The position numbers and the translations under genes were made by a program. A stretch of DNA of 64,000 nt from Yuukianura sp. NJ FZ-2021 (lineage: Eukaryota). The notes below the pieces were generated by a model. It ran no database searches. It saw only the letters and a list, made by a program, of their open reading frames with translations, and was not told the origin of the DNA. This document shows, one piece after another, positions 63,770 through 64,000 of this stretch (positions are counted from its first letter, which is position 1; each line of letters starts with the position of its first letter). Location: positions 372,001 through 436,000 of the forward strand of contig CM102289.1 in assembly GCA_046563655.1 (NCBI GenBank). The letters are read 5' to 3'.

Positions 63770-64000
63770 AACAATTTGGACTTACGAGGAGAGGCTCTCA
63801 ACCGTTTTTCAAAATATATTATGGGACTAGTCCCAAAAAAGTTCTTATAATTAAAGAAAAATTTTGACACTAGTTTCGTTTCATGAAGCGAAAAAAAAAA
63901 GTTAACCCGAGGTGGATTCGAACGCGGTGAAGCTTCAAGTTAAATGTTTTTTTTTTCTCAATTTTCAAGTTATTACTGGACAAACTTTCCAACTCAACTT

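Overview
AT-rich, intron-dense eukaryotic (arthropod) DNA. The gene mix suggests a springtail-like hexapod, which is inference only. In order, the window holds: a multi-exon dachsous protocadherin (+, 1489-29086); nested antisense in its ~12-kb second intron, a gene joining a signal peptide and ~500-aa LRR-like ectodomain to an FMRFamide-receptor-type 7TM, interrupted by one in-frame TGA; a UDP-glycosyltransferase (-); a degenerate unknown gene (-); two CRAL-TRIO/SEC14 genes with apparent signal peptides (+); a tandem pair of intronless divergent ionotropic receptors (-, second copy frameshifted); a SWAP70/DEF6-like gene (+); a Reeler-domain gene (+); and three tandem divergent Cys-loop ligand-gated channel genes (+), each with a different lesion. 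Several MITEs, tRNA-derived SINE-like elements and minisatellites are also present. The most striking observation is a ~230-bp MITE family (TIR CAAGRTTRCTATAGCAAC, 8-bp TSD) that appears to act like an introner. One copy forms a frame-preserving intron found in only one channel paralog, and another sits on a splice donor and supplies a substitute GC donor. Exon boundaries were read by eye and may be off by a few bases.
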